Below are positions 1 to 7,156 of a DNA stretch of 11,980 nucleotides, piece after piece. Location of the stretch: the NCBI GenBank assembly GCA_964443405.1, contig CAYUDB010000072.1, positions 1 through 11,980 of the forward strand, read 5' to 3'. This DNA comes from an uncultured bacterium (GTDB taxonomy: Bacteria; UBP14; UBA6098; B30-G16). The first letter of the stretch is position 1; each line of letters opens with the position of its first letter. The position numbers and the translations under genes were made by a program. Under the pieces are notes generated by a model. It was not told the DNA's origin. It worked only from the letters and a program-made list of their open reading frames with translations, and ran no database searches.

Positions 1-1
1 A

Positions 2-187
2 CCTTGTTTGGGTGCGTTGAATTGGTTGAACATACCGTTTGCTCTCATCGGGATTTTGGTTAGTGCCATAGCAATGTCGGGCGCAGGCGAAAAGAACAGA
101 ACGCTGAGCGTAATTGGTTTAGTTTGTTGTATAGTGGCGGTTCTTTTTGGCTTGGCACGTCTTGTTTTGGGCGGTGGCATACTCTAA
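2..187 (+). CDS. Partial CDS, 3' end of a gene that starts beyond the left edge; hydrophobic membrane-protein-like C-terminus (…IPFALIGILVSAIAMSGAGEKNRTLSVIGLVCCIVAVLFGLARLVLGGGIL*)
   Basis: Frame 2 is open for 61 codons from the window edge to TAA at 185-187, read by hand. The translation is strongly hydrophobic and resembles transmembrane helices. It is absent from the ORF track because it has no start codon in the window. It is convergent with the minus-strand gene ending at 231. Confidence 0.3.
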   Translation, partial: PCLGALNWLNIPFALIGILVSAIAMSGAGEKNRTLSVIGLVCCIVAVLFGLARLVLGGGIL

Positions 188-230
188 AGTATCATGTCAA
201 ACTTGGCATAGTTATTATCGCACGGCGCTT

Positions 231-926
231 TTAGTTTGTGCATGAGCGCCAAATGTAAAAAACATTGCGCCCGGCATTTTCTTGTTCTCGTCTGTGTGAA
301 TGCAGCCACGAATTCGAGAATGTTGAGTGCGGGAAAATTGCTACATTACGCACGCCAACTTGCATGAGCCGGTGTTTTATCTCCAATGGCAAATCAAAAA
401 AAGCTTTGCCATTGCGTAAAAATGTGCTGTGTGGAAAAATTTCGAAAAACTCTTCACCAACCTCATAGTCATCAGCATGAATGCATGGTCCTATATAAGC
501 TCTCATTGTTGATGCATCAATACCCTGCTTGAGAAAAAGTTGAACCGCATTTTCGCAAATGTCAAGAGCTGTGCCTCGCCAACCTGCATGCACTGCACAT
601 ATGGCGTTTGTTTTCGGCGAGAAAAAAACAACCGGTGCGCAATCGGCAACTCTTATTGCTAAGGCAGTATCTGCAAGCTCGGTAAAAAGCCCATCTGCCT
701 GTGGTGGTGGTTCGATGGAAAGGTTTTCGGTATCGACACGTAGTATGATGTTTGAATGTATTTGTTTTATGCGCGCAATGCTGCACGGCAGAATGGCGTT
801 TTGGTGAGCACAAGATGCCTCAAAAACATCGTGCGGCATGGGAGATTTTACGCTTAATGCCGCATATATTTCGTTGAGTGCATTGGGCATGTGCAAGATT
901 ACAGTGTTTTGCGGAAAAATATCCAT
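231..926 (-). CDS. pgeF: YfiH/PgeF (DUF152) family protein, annotated as purine nucleoside phosphorylase / peptidoglycan editing factor / laccase-domain protein
   Basis: The 231-aa ORF has an ATG at 926-924. It shows the family motifs ...VADCAPVVFF...AICAVHAGWRGT... and a C-terminal ...ENAGRNVFYIW that matches the E. coli YfiH C-terminus (…RRDKTTGRMASFIW). The N-terminal region is somewhat shorter than E. coli YfiH. No obvious SD is present upstream. Confidence 0.85.
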   Translation of the reverse strand: MDIFPQNTVILHMPNALNEIYAALSVKSPMPHDVFEASCAHQNAILPCSIARIKQIHSNIILRVDTENLSIEPPPQADGLFTELADTALAIRVADCAPVVFFSPKTNAICAVHAGWRGTALDICENAVQLFLKQGIDASTMRAYIGPCIHADDYEVGEEFFEIFPHSTFLRNGKAFFDLPLEIKHRLMQVGVRNVAIFPHSTFSNSWLHSHRREQENAGRNVFYIWRSCTN

Positions 927-939
927 AGTAATGAAAAAA

Positions 940-962
940 CGGGCAATTCGTTCAATTGCCCG
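940..962 (-). terminator. Probable rho-independent terminator after the SPFH gene, or an attenuator-like hairpin abutting the pgeF start
   Basis: A perfect 9-bp stem (cgggcaatt / aattgcccg) with a 5-nt loop lies at 940-962. On the minus strand it is followed directly by U6 (complement of A6 at 934-939). It sits between the SPFH stop (984) and the pgeF ATG (926), only about 7 nt before that ATG. Confidence 0.45.
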
Positions 963-983
963 TCGAAAGGGAGAGGTTTGTTG

Positions 984-1826
984 TTATTTTGATGTGGGTA
1001 AGATCATCGGCATGGATTTCAAATCATCAGGGATTATGACAATGGTATTGTTCTGCGAAGTTACAAGCTGCTTAAGCATTTCTATGCGATACCAAGCAAT
1101 GTAACTAGAGGTAAGTCCTTGTGCGATGATTTTGTTAGCTTCGCGTATGCCCTCTGCTTCGATGATCTTGCGTTCTTTTTCTTGACGTTCTTTGTCGAGT
1201 ACAAACTGCATACGCCTTGCCTCTTGGTCGGCAGATATTTTGGCATTGATAGCATTTTCGATATCCTTGGGCAACTTGACATTGCGTAAGAGAATGTTAT
1301 CGAGCAAAATGCCTTTGCCTGCAATTAAGGAATCGGCGCGCGACTTTATGGCAACTATGTATTCATCGCGACGACCAGAGTAAAGGTCTTCGGCTGTGTA
1401 CTTAACTGTGATGTCTCGAATGGCAGTGCGAAGCAAAGGGCGCACGATTTTTTCCTCGTAATCGAGACCTATTGTGCGATATAATTCGGGCGCATTTTCC
1501 GGGATTAGTTTATACCATGCTGTTAGGTCGAGGCGAACGAGCAAGCCTTCGGACGTGAGTGCATCGATAGCATCGTCGCCATATTCACCGCCCTCGGTTG
1601 TAGCGATGGACATAGTATAGGTTTGCAGTCGCGCATCGGTTTTCACTATGTTTAGAAGCGGGTTTACAAGATGAATACCGTTTTCGAGGTAGCCCGGCAT
1701 GACTTTGCCAAAAAGTACTTTGATACCAATGTGCCCCGAAGGAATTATCACAATCGGGTTTAGAAAAATTAGAACGAGCACCGCAATAATCACAATCACA
1801 ATAAACACACCAGAGATTTTTTTCAT
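984..1826 (-). CDS. SPFH / band-7 (prohibitin/HflC-like) membrane protein with an N-terminal transmembrane anchor
   Basis: The ORF track extends to 1892, but the better start is the ATG at 1826-1824 (MKKISGVFIVIVIIAVLVLIFLNP…). It is preceded by AAGGAGGA 5 nt upstream (revcomp of 1828-1840). One N-terminal TM helix is followed by an SPFH-like body with a charged coiled-coil tail (…QEARRMQFVLDKERQEKERKIIEAEGIREANKIIAQG…) typical of HflC/prohibitin family proteins. Confidence 0.9.
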   Translation of the reverse strand: MKKISGVFIVIVIIAVLVLIFLNPIVIIPSGHIGIKVLFGKVMPGYLENGIHLVNPLLNIVKTDARLQTYTMSIATTEGGEYGDDAIDALTSEGLLVRLDLTAWYKLIPENAPELYRTIGLDYEEKIVRPLLRTAIRDITVKYTAEDLYSGRRDEYIVAIKSRADSLIAGKGILLDNILLRNVKLPKDIENAINAKISADQEARRMQFVLDKERQEKERKIIEAEGIREANKIIAQGLTSSYIAWYRIEMLKQLVTSQNNTIVIIPDDLKSMPMILPTSK

Positions 1827-1886
1827 TTTGTCCTCCTTTACTAAATAGTAAATGCTGGAGCAGCTTTGAGCAACGTTTTTTTTGAA

Positions 1887-1910
1887 GTTCACAAATCGTT
1901 AACTGTGAAC
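1887..1910. promoter_or_regulatory. Perfect inverted repeat GTTCACA-N10-TGTGAAC in the SPFH upstream region; candidate operator for a dimeric regulator
   Basis: The 7-bp arms at 1887-1893 and 1904-1910 are exact reverse complements with a 10-bp spacer. The spacer holds the GTTAAC palindrome. The repeat lies 61-84 bp upstream of the SPFH start codon and just downstream of the purM terminator. Confidence 0.3.
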
Positions 1911-1915
1911 AAATC

Positions 1916-1940
1916 AAAAAAAAGCGCCCATCGCAGGCGC
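1916..1940 (-). terminator. Rho-independent terminator downstream of purM
   Basis: On the minus strand a GC-only 5-bp stem (ggcgc/gcgcc, 1924-1928 paired with 1936-1940, 7-nt loop) is followed by U8 (complement of A8 at 1916-1923). It lies 26-50 nt after the purM stop at 1966. Confidence 0.55.
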
Positions 1941-1965
1941 CTTGAAAGTGGAATTTCGTGTCGTT

Positions 1966-2988
1966 TCAATTGGAGTAGAGTTTTACATCGCCAATGCCAT
2001 TTTCGATTGTGCCGCATTCGAAAGCACCGAAGCTATTGAGTTCGTTGAGAAGGGTTTGTGCATTTTCGCGCGCGAGCACAAAGATAAAACCTACACCCAT
2101 GTTGAAAGCACGAAACATTTCATCGTTGTCGATGTCGCCCAAACGTTCGATGAGTGAGAAAATTTTTGGCACTGCAATTGCGTTTTTATCGATGCGAGCG
2201 CAAGTGTCCTTCGGCAAAACTCTGCATAGATTTCCGGTGATGCCGCCGCCTGTTATGTGTGCCATGCCGTGGATATCACATGTGGCACGCGCAATTTGCA
2301 TGGCACTAAGATATAAAGTATGTGGTGCCATGAGAGCTTCGGTTAAAGTGCTTTCTAGGAAAGGGACATATGTTTGTGGTGTGAGTTTGGCATGTTCGAA
2401 GAGCACTTTGCGGGCGAGAGAGTATCCATTTGTGTGCAAACCGTTTGAAGGTAGCGCGATAATTGTGTCACCTTTCTTAATGTTTGCACCGGTGATAAGC
2501 TGCGATTTTGCCACTTCTCCAATAATCACACCTGCTAAATCGAAATGTGATGGCGCGTATAATCCGGGCATTTGAGCTGTTTCGCCACCGATGAGTGCGC
2601 AGTTGGCATTTTTGCAACCCTCTGCTAATCCGGCAACAATATCGGCAATGGTTTGTGGCGGTAGATCGCAGTGTGCAATATAATCGAGAAAAAACAGCGG
2701 TTTTGCGCCGTGAACAGCTATATCGTCCACACAGTGGTGCACAAGGTCGATGCCGATGGTTTGGTAGTTACCAATTTCGGCAGCGATCATTATCTTTGTG
2801 CCCACACCATCTGCCGATGAAAGCATAAGTCGATCGTTGCCAATATCGTATGCACCTGCAAAAAGTCCAATTTCGGAAGCCACTTGCGGAGTGAAAGTGC
2901 TTTTCGCTAATGCAGCTATGCGTTTTTTTGCCTCGTCTGCGGCGCAAATGTCCACACCAGCAGATGAATACGTTATTTTCTCGCTCAT
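1966..2988 (-). CDS. purM: Phosphoribosylformylglycinamidine cyclo-ligase (AIR synthetase), purine biosynthesis
   Basis: The 340-aa protein begins MSEKITYSSAGVDI… and has the conserved blocks …GLFAGAYD…DGVGTKIMIA…VNDIAVHGAKPLFFLDY…ALIGGETAQMPG…HITGGG… characteristic of PurM. ATG is at 2988-2986 with a weak GGTGGA upstream. Confidence 0.95.
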   Translation of the reverse strand: MSEKITYSSAGVDICAADEAKKRIAALAKSTFTPQVASEIGLFAGAYDIGNDRLMLSSADGVGTKIMIAAEIGNYQTIGIDLVHHCVDDIAVHGAKPLFFLDYIAHCDLPPQTIADIVAGLAEGCKNANCALIGGETAQMPGLYAPSHFDLAGVIIGEVAKSQLITGANIKKGDTIIALPSNGLHTNGYSLARKVLFEHAKLTPQTYVPFLESTLTEALMAPHTLYLSAMQIARATCDIHGMAHITGGGITGNLCRVLPKDTCARIDKNAIAVPKIFSLIERLGDIDNDEMFRAFNMGVGFIFVLARENAQTLLNELNSFGAFECGTIENGIGDVKLYSN

Positions 2989-3066
2989 TTAAATGTCCAC
3001 CGTAGTTGAGTTGAACAGAACAATAATTTAGATAGCAAGTGTTTTGCAAATGTTTTCTGTGCGGAT

Positions 3067-5769
3067 CTATTTCATGAAAACAGCACGTTTATTGGCAACT
3101 TTGCCATCGGGTGTCTCGATGTGGATAAAATACATGCCCGAACCTAGATTATCGGGTTGCCAGATGTATTTTTCTGTAACTCGCGCGGCTGCAGGTGCTG
3201 CATTTTTTTGCCATACAAGCTTGCCCGAAAGCGAATAAATGTATACATTTGCGCCAGCCGGTGCATCGATTTCGAGTGCTGCGTTGAAAGGGTTTGGAAA
3301 TATCTGAGTTTCGAAAGACTGTGGGGTGGATAATATGGTTTCGGAAATTTTATCGGGCAAAAATCCACCGAGTTTCATGGTCCAGACAGTGGGGTAGCTC
3401 AAAAGAGGCTCAGTTGTATAACCGGTAACGAAAACCGAACCGTCAAGCCCTGTGCAAATAGCTGCAACCGAATCTTTTCCCGATTTTGAAAACTCACGAG
3501 TGAAAGTTGTGTCGCCATCGTCATCGATTCCAAAAATAAGCCAGTTTGGTTCCATAGAAGGCAATCTGCGGCGCAAACCTGCACCTGTGAAGCCATCAGC
3601 GGTTGCAGTTATAGCAAATGCTACATAACCCTGATCGAAATAGTGCTTTGTCCAAGTTATTGTGCCCGATGTGGAAATTTTTGCGAGATAGATATTTGAA
3701 AACCGGTTTATGCTCGCAGAGTATCTTTCGCCTGCAACGACATAACCATCGTCAACGGCAATTATGTCGCAGCCCGTATGGCGTGTTGTATCGCCAATGA
3801 TGCAAGTCCATAAACTTTCGGCAGCTGCAGAAAATTTTTGCACAAACACCTTAGACGGCGGTACAGCAGGTATTGGATCGACAATCCATTTTCCAACAAT
3901 GGCAAATGTGCCATCTGTAGCGCGACAAATGGCTTCGGGAATATAATTGGTGCCAAAAACAACAGTCTCAGTTTCAACGCCGTCGGAATTTGTAAGTATG
4001 AGTGCTGCCTGAGAAATTCCTTCGGCAGTTATTGCAGCAGCAATAGCGTAACCTGTTGGAGTAGCAACAACATCCACAGCTTTCCCGCCCTCTGGTATGG
4101 GATAGGTCCTTTCCCAAATAACACTGCCAAGCGAATCGATTTTTGCAAGCGCTGGAGCATTATCTTGGACAAATGCAACGACCATGTTTCCGTGGTCTAT
4201 CGCTTGTGCCAAAGCATACGCTTTCCCAGAAATTGCCAAGTTTTCATGGAATACGAGATTGCCGCCAGCGTCGTAGCGGAATAAAAATGGTTCGATGACG
4301 CCACCAAATTCATAATTACCCACACCAAAGCAGCCCGAATCGGCACAGGCAACTAAATCGACACCATAGGTTTGGAGATTAGTGAAAGCTCTTTCCCAGC
4401 CGCCAGTTATGCCTGATGTGATACTAAGTGATTCTTGAGGGCTTACACCGTCATCATAGATCGCGTCGATTTTGTAGAGGTAGTTTGTAAGCTCGGTGGG
4501 CACGGTTTCATCGATGAAAAACCGAGCGGGTGTGGTTGCCAGAAGTTCGCCATTGCGCCAGATACGATAGTTGCGCACGGGAACTGTGATTCTGGTTGGC
4601 GCGTCCCAAGTTAGCTTTATGTGGAGGTCGCGCTTTTGCTGAGAGGCGAAATTTATAGGTGGGCGCTTGGAAACGTAATTTGGAACGATGTTGCCGACTG
4701 TGCTTGTATGTGCGGTCAATCCAGACGGAACTTCGGTGGGCAACGCATAAAATCCGTCAGCAACGCCGCCCCAACCTAAGTTCAGATGATAATAATGTAT
4801 GGAGTCTTCCATTTTGTAGCCATCGCAGACGAGGCAGTGACCAGCCTCGTCGCCCGAGAAAGAGAGCAAAGTTGGCAGATGGTCGAGTGCATTTGTGCGC
4901 ATGACCTCATAAGCGCTTGAAGCAATATTTGCGGCGCGTGCATAATCCCAAGCACCGATAAGGACCATTGGTATGGCAGATGTATTTGCGGCGGAGCCTT
5001 CGTCGGCATATTGCATGCCCAAAACCACTCCACATGCATAACTGATGCGTGCGATCATGTCGGCAGTTGGGTGATTTCCGCTGGCATTGTAATCGATTTC
5101 GGGAATTGAAGCGAGAGTTGCATCGATCCATATTCGCGGTGATGTGGCAGAAGAATAATAACTGTTACGTTCATCGAACATCATCGAGCGCGGATACTCC
5201 CAGTAGTTAACAAGTTGGGCGAATGCGGTGGCAACGCAACCAACTGGGCAAAGGTTTTCGGTGGTAGGGTCAACTGGGCAATAAATATTGTAAGGGTCAC
5301 CTTGATTCCACTGGGTATCGACAAAAGGTCCAACTTCATCAATTGCAGCGGTTTCCAGCATTGTGTAAACCGTGCCGTGCAACAGTTTGTGCCAAATGGC
5401 TTCGTTATGAGCAAGAATTTTTCTATCCAGTTGTGGAACAAAGTTTTGTCGAATTGACATATCGGCGCATAATATATCAAAAAGCGGATTTGACATGTTT
5501 TTTGCGCCGAAATCGTTATCGAATGAATATGCAACAATTGGTGCAATGGTTGTTGCAGGGGCAATCACGATGTAACCTTTCGGCTCGAGAATTGCCAAAT
5601 AAAAGAGGATTTGCCCCTCTTTCTCGATTGTTTCGAAATTTTGGATGGTGCGATTTCCTGCAAAAGCTTTGAATTCTGCCACTTTTTGCGCGGAAAAATA
5701 ATCGACTGGTGCGGCGAAACAAATGTACGTTGCAATAAATGCGATGATAACTAGTGTTGTTTTTTTCAT
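3067..5769 (-). CDS. Secreted multidomain cysteine peptidase, family C10 (streptopain/SpeB/PrtT-like), with an N-terminal signal peptide and pro-region, beta-propeller-like repeats, an FN3-like domain and a C-terminal T9SS (Por) sorting domain
   Basis: ATG at 5769-5767 is preceded by GGAGAG. The signal peptide reads MKKTTLVIIAFIATYICFAA. The C10 active-site blocks match SpeB: QWNQGDPYNIYCP…GCVATAFAQLVNYWEYP (catalytic Cys at about residue 178) and GHCLVCDGY…YHLNLGWGGVADGFYALP (catalytic His region). The middle region has repeated G..A…DG..V/A.G…W motifs and one FN3-like segment. The last ~75 aa (…FPNPFNAALEIDAPAGANVYIYSLSGKLV…GMYFIHIETPDGKVANKRAVFMK) match the T9SS CTD pattern. Confidence 0.9.
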   Translation of the reverse strand: MKKTTLVIIAFIATYICFAAPVDYFSAQKVAEFKAFAGNRTIQNFETIEKEGQILFYLAILEPKGYIVIAPATTIAPIVAYSFDNDFGAKNMSNPLFDILCADMSIRQNFVPQLDRKILAHNEAIWHKLLHGTVYTMLETAAIDEVGPFVDTQWNQGDPYNIYCPVDPTTENLCPVGCVATAFAQLVNYWEYPRSMMFDERNSYYSSATSPRIWIDATLASIPEIDYNASGNHPTADMIARISYACGVVLGMQYADEGSAANTSAIPMVLIGAWDYARAANIASSAYEVMRTNALDHLPTLLSFSGDEAGHCLVCDGYKMEDSIHYYHLNLGWGGVADGFYALPTEVPSGLTAHTSTVGNIVPNYVSKRPPINFASQQKRDLHIKLTWDAPTRITVPVRNYRIWRNGELLATTPARFFIDETVPTELTNYLYKIDAIYDDGVSPQESLSITSGITGGWERAFTNLQTYGVDLVACADSGCFGVGNYEFGGVIEPFLFRYDAGGNLVFHENLAISGKAYALAQAIDHGNMVVAFVQDNAPALAKIDSLGSVIWERTYPIPEGGKAVDVVATPTGYAIAAAITAEGISQAALILTNSDGVETETVVFGTNYIPEAICRATDGTFAIVGKWIVDPIPAVPPSKVFVQKFSAAAESLWTCIIGDTTRHTGCDIIAVDDGYVVAGERYSASINRFSNIYLAKISTSGTITWTKHYFDQGYVAFAITATADGFTGAGLRRRLPSMEPNWLIFGIDDDGDTTFTREFSKSGKDSVAAICTGLDGSVFVTGYTTEPLLSYPTVWTMKLGGFLPDKISETILSTPQSFETQIFPNPFNAALEIDAPAGANVYIYSLSGKLVWQKNAAPAAARVTEKYIWQPDNLGSGMYFIHIETPDGKVANKRAVFMK

Positions 5770-7016
5770 CGTAACTCTCCATCGATTAAAAGGATTTTCT
5801 TGTAGTAATATTCGTTTGATGTTCTAAGGACCACAAAATAAATACCGGTTTCACAATTTAAAAGCTCGATTTTGCAGTTTTTAGAAAAAGTTTTTTCAAA
5901 TACTTGTTTTCCAGTTAACGAGAAAATTTCTATCGAAGCTGGTGAAAAGTTATAATCATTTAGAGTAATTAAATTATATGATAAGGAAATTTTTTCAGTT
6001 GTTGAACTATTTTCATATATCGAAGAACTTTCTGCTATGTCAACTCTAATAATCATAGTATCAATGAAACAACTATTTTGTGCAATTAAACTTACATTAT
6101 ATACTCCATTTTCAAAGTAATGCACTGGATTATTATCGTATGAAGCACTTCCGTCATCAAAATTCCATTCAAAAAATGTTGCATTCTCACATAGATTTGT
6201 AAAAAACACAGTATTCTCTAAAATTTCAACGCTGAAATTTGCATTTGGCACTGGTGAAAATTCATAACATACATCTCGCATTTCCAAAAAAGTCTCTGAT
6301 GCAATATTTTGCAAAAATAAACAAGTTTCAGAATCAAGTGTATGAAAAAAGCTACTTCGTAAATAGGCTTTATCAAACATAATAGCGTAAAAAATACATG
6401 CCCCAAGATAACTTCCCTCAACAGATGGATGACTATTGTCTGCATCCCAAAGATTTATCGTTTCATCAGCAAGTTTTGCATTAACAAATGCTCGCCCTAC
6501 TGGCACTAAAATTGCGTCGCTCATCTGCGCAAATCGAAAATATACTGCCTCTAATGTATCAGTCATTTCCTCAAAATCTTCAAATGCTATGCTGCAAAAT
6601 ATATCAATACACTGAATTCCTCCAAAACGTCGCCCCCATGTTGCATACATTACCGGTAATGAACAATTATAATCACATAAACTATCTAAAACTCGCAAAC
6701 CAATTATACTTTGCGTCTCACGTAAATATTCTATTGTCGGCATTTGACTTTGATCTTGCAATATTACATAATCCCAACGCCGAGATCTCAGTAAACTCAA
6801 CGTCGGTTCATATGTACTGTGCATATATAATGAATATCCACCAGGTGTGCTAGTTTCATAAATTAATGTGTCTCCTAAACTTTCCGCAATTCTTGATATA
6901 AGATCTGGCAAATTATTGTAAAAAGTATAACTGTTTCCTATAAACAAAACTGTTTTCGTACATCCAAAAATTACTGTTGAAATAAACAAAAAAATTATAA
7001 ATACATACTTTCTCAT
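5766..7016 (-). CDS. Secreted SGNH/GDSL-like hydrolase (DUF4886-like catalytic domain) followed by a PKD domain and a T9SS C-terminal sorting domain; possible lipoprotein
   Basis: ATG at 7016-7014 is preceded by GGAGGA. The N-terminus MRKYVFIIFLFISTVIFGC is a signal peptide with a Cys at residue 19. SGNH block I reads VLFIGNSYT and block V reads WDADNSHPSVEGSYLGACIFY. The PKD signature reads FEWNFDDGSASYDNNPVHYFENGVYNVSLIAQN. The C-terminus …IEIFSLTGKQVFEK…ETGIYFVVLRTSNEYYYKKILLID is CTD-like. Its TGA stop overlaps the ATG of the C10 peptidase (ATGA, 5769-5766). Confidence 0.8.
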   Translation of the reverse strand: MRKYVFIIFLFISTVIFGCTKTVLFIGNSYTFYNNLPDLISRIAESLGDTLIYETSTPGGYSLYMHSTYEPTLSLLRSRRWDYVILQDQSQMPTIEYLRETQSIIGLRVLDSLCDYNCSLPVMYATWGRRFGGIQCIDIFCSIAFEDFEEMTDTLEAVYFRFAQMSDAILVPVGRAFVNAKLADETINLWDADNSHPSVEGSYLGACIFYAIMFDKAYLRSSFFHTLDSETCLFLQNIASETFLEMRDVCYEFSPVPNANFSVEILENTVFFTNLCENATFFEWNFDDGSASYDNNPVHYFENGVYNVSLIAQNSCFIDTMIIRVDIAESSSIYENSSTTEKISLSYNLITLNDYNFSPASIEIFSLTGKQVFEKTFSKNCKIELLNCETGIYFVVLRTSNEYYYKKILLIDGELR

Positions 7017-7083
7017 AATATTTCCTCCAGTAAATTATTTATTTTATTAAGTAAATATCTTACTTTGATTCTTAAACTAAATA

Positions 7084-7113
7084 AAGAAACTACCAAAATT
7101 GATAGTTTCTTTA
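7084..7113 (-). terminator. Possible intrinsic terminator between the ligase gene and the SGNH hydrolase gene
   Basis: A perfect 10-bp stem (aaagaaacta / tagtttcttt) with a 10-nt loop lies 44 nt downstream of the ligase stop. The downstream tract is only moderately U-rich on the minus strand (UAUUUAGUUUAAG). The plus-strand side shows AUAGAAUUUUUU. The stem is AT-rich. Confidence 0.35.
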
Positions 7114-7156
7114 TAGAATTTTTTAAGCGAGTTTATTAATTTTGTTTGTCAGTTAA

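Noticed and set aside
1585-1917. 110-aa minus-strand ORF overlapping the 5' part of the SPFH gene in another frame and extending through the palindrome and terminator region
   Set aside because: It overlaps a well-supported gene out of frame. It runs across the purM terminator hairpin. It is Cys/Arg-rich with no motif.
1994-2988. Plus-strand ORFs 1994..2575, 2595..2828 and 2798..2992 overlapping purM
   Set aside because: They are antisense shadow ORFs inside a confidently identified, highly conserved purM reading frame. They show no SD or recognisable motifs.
3144-5672. Numerous 60-148-aa ORFs on both strands inside the C10 peptidase gene (e.g. 3838..4284+, 5181..5564-, 5343..5672+)
   Set aside because: All are embedded in or antisense to the 900-aa ORF, whose C10 motifs fix the true frame. 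They are typical spurious ORFs of mid-GC coding DNA.
5700-5850. Mobile-element or genomic-island junction (att site, integrase, tRNA) at the GC step
   Set aside because: No tRNA, integrase, transposase, inverted terminal repeat or direct repeat is visible at or near the boundary. The junction is a coding-coding ATGA overlap, so a classical island border cannot be supported from this window.
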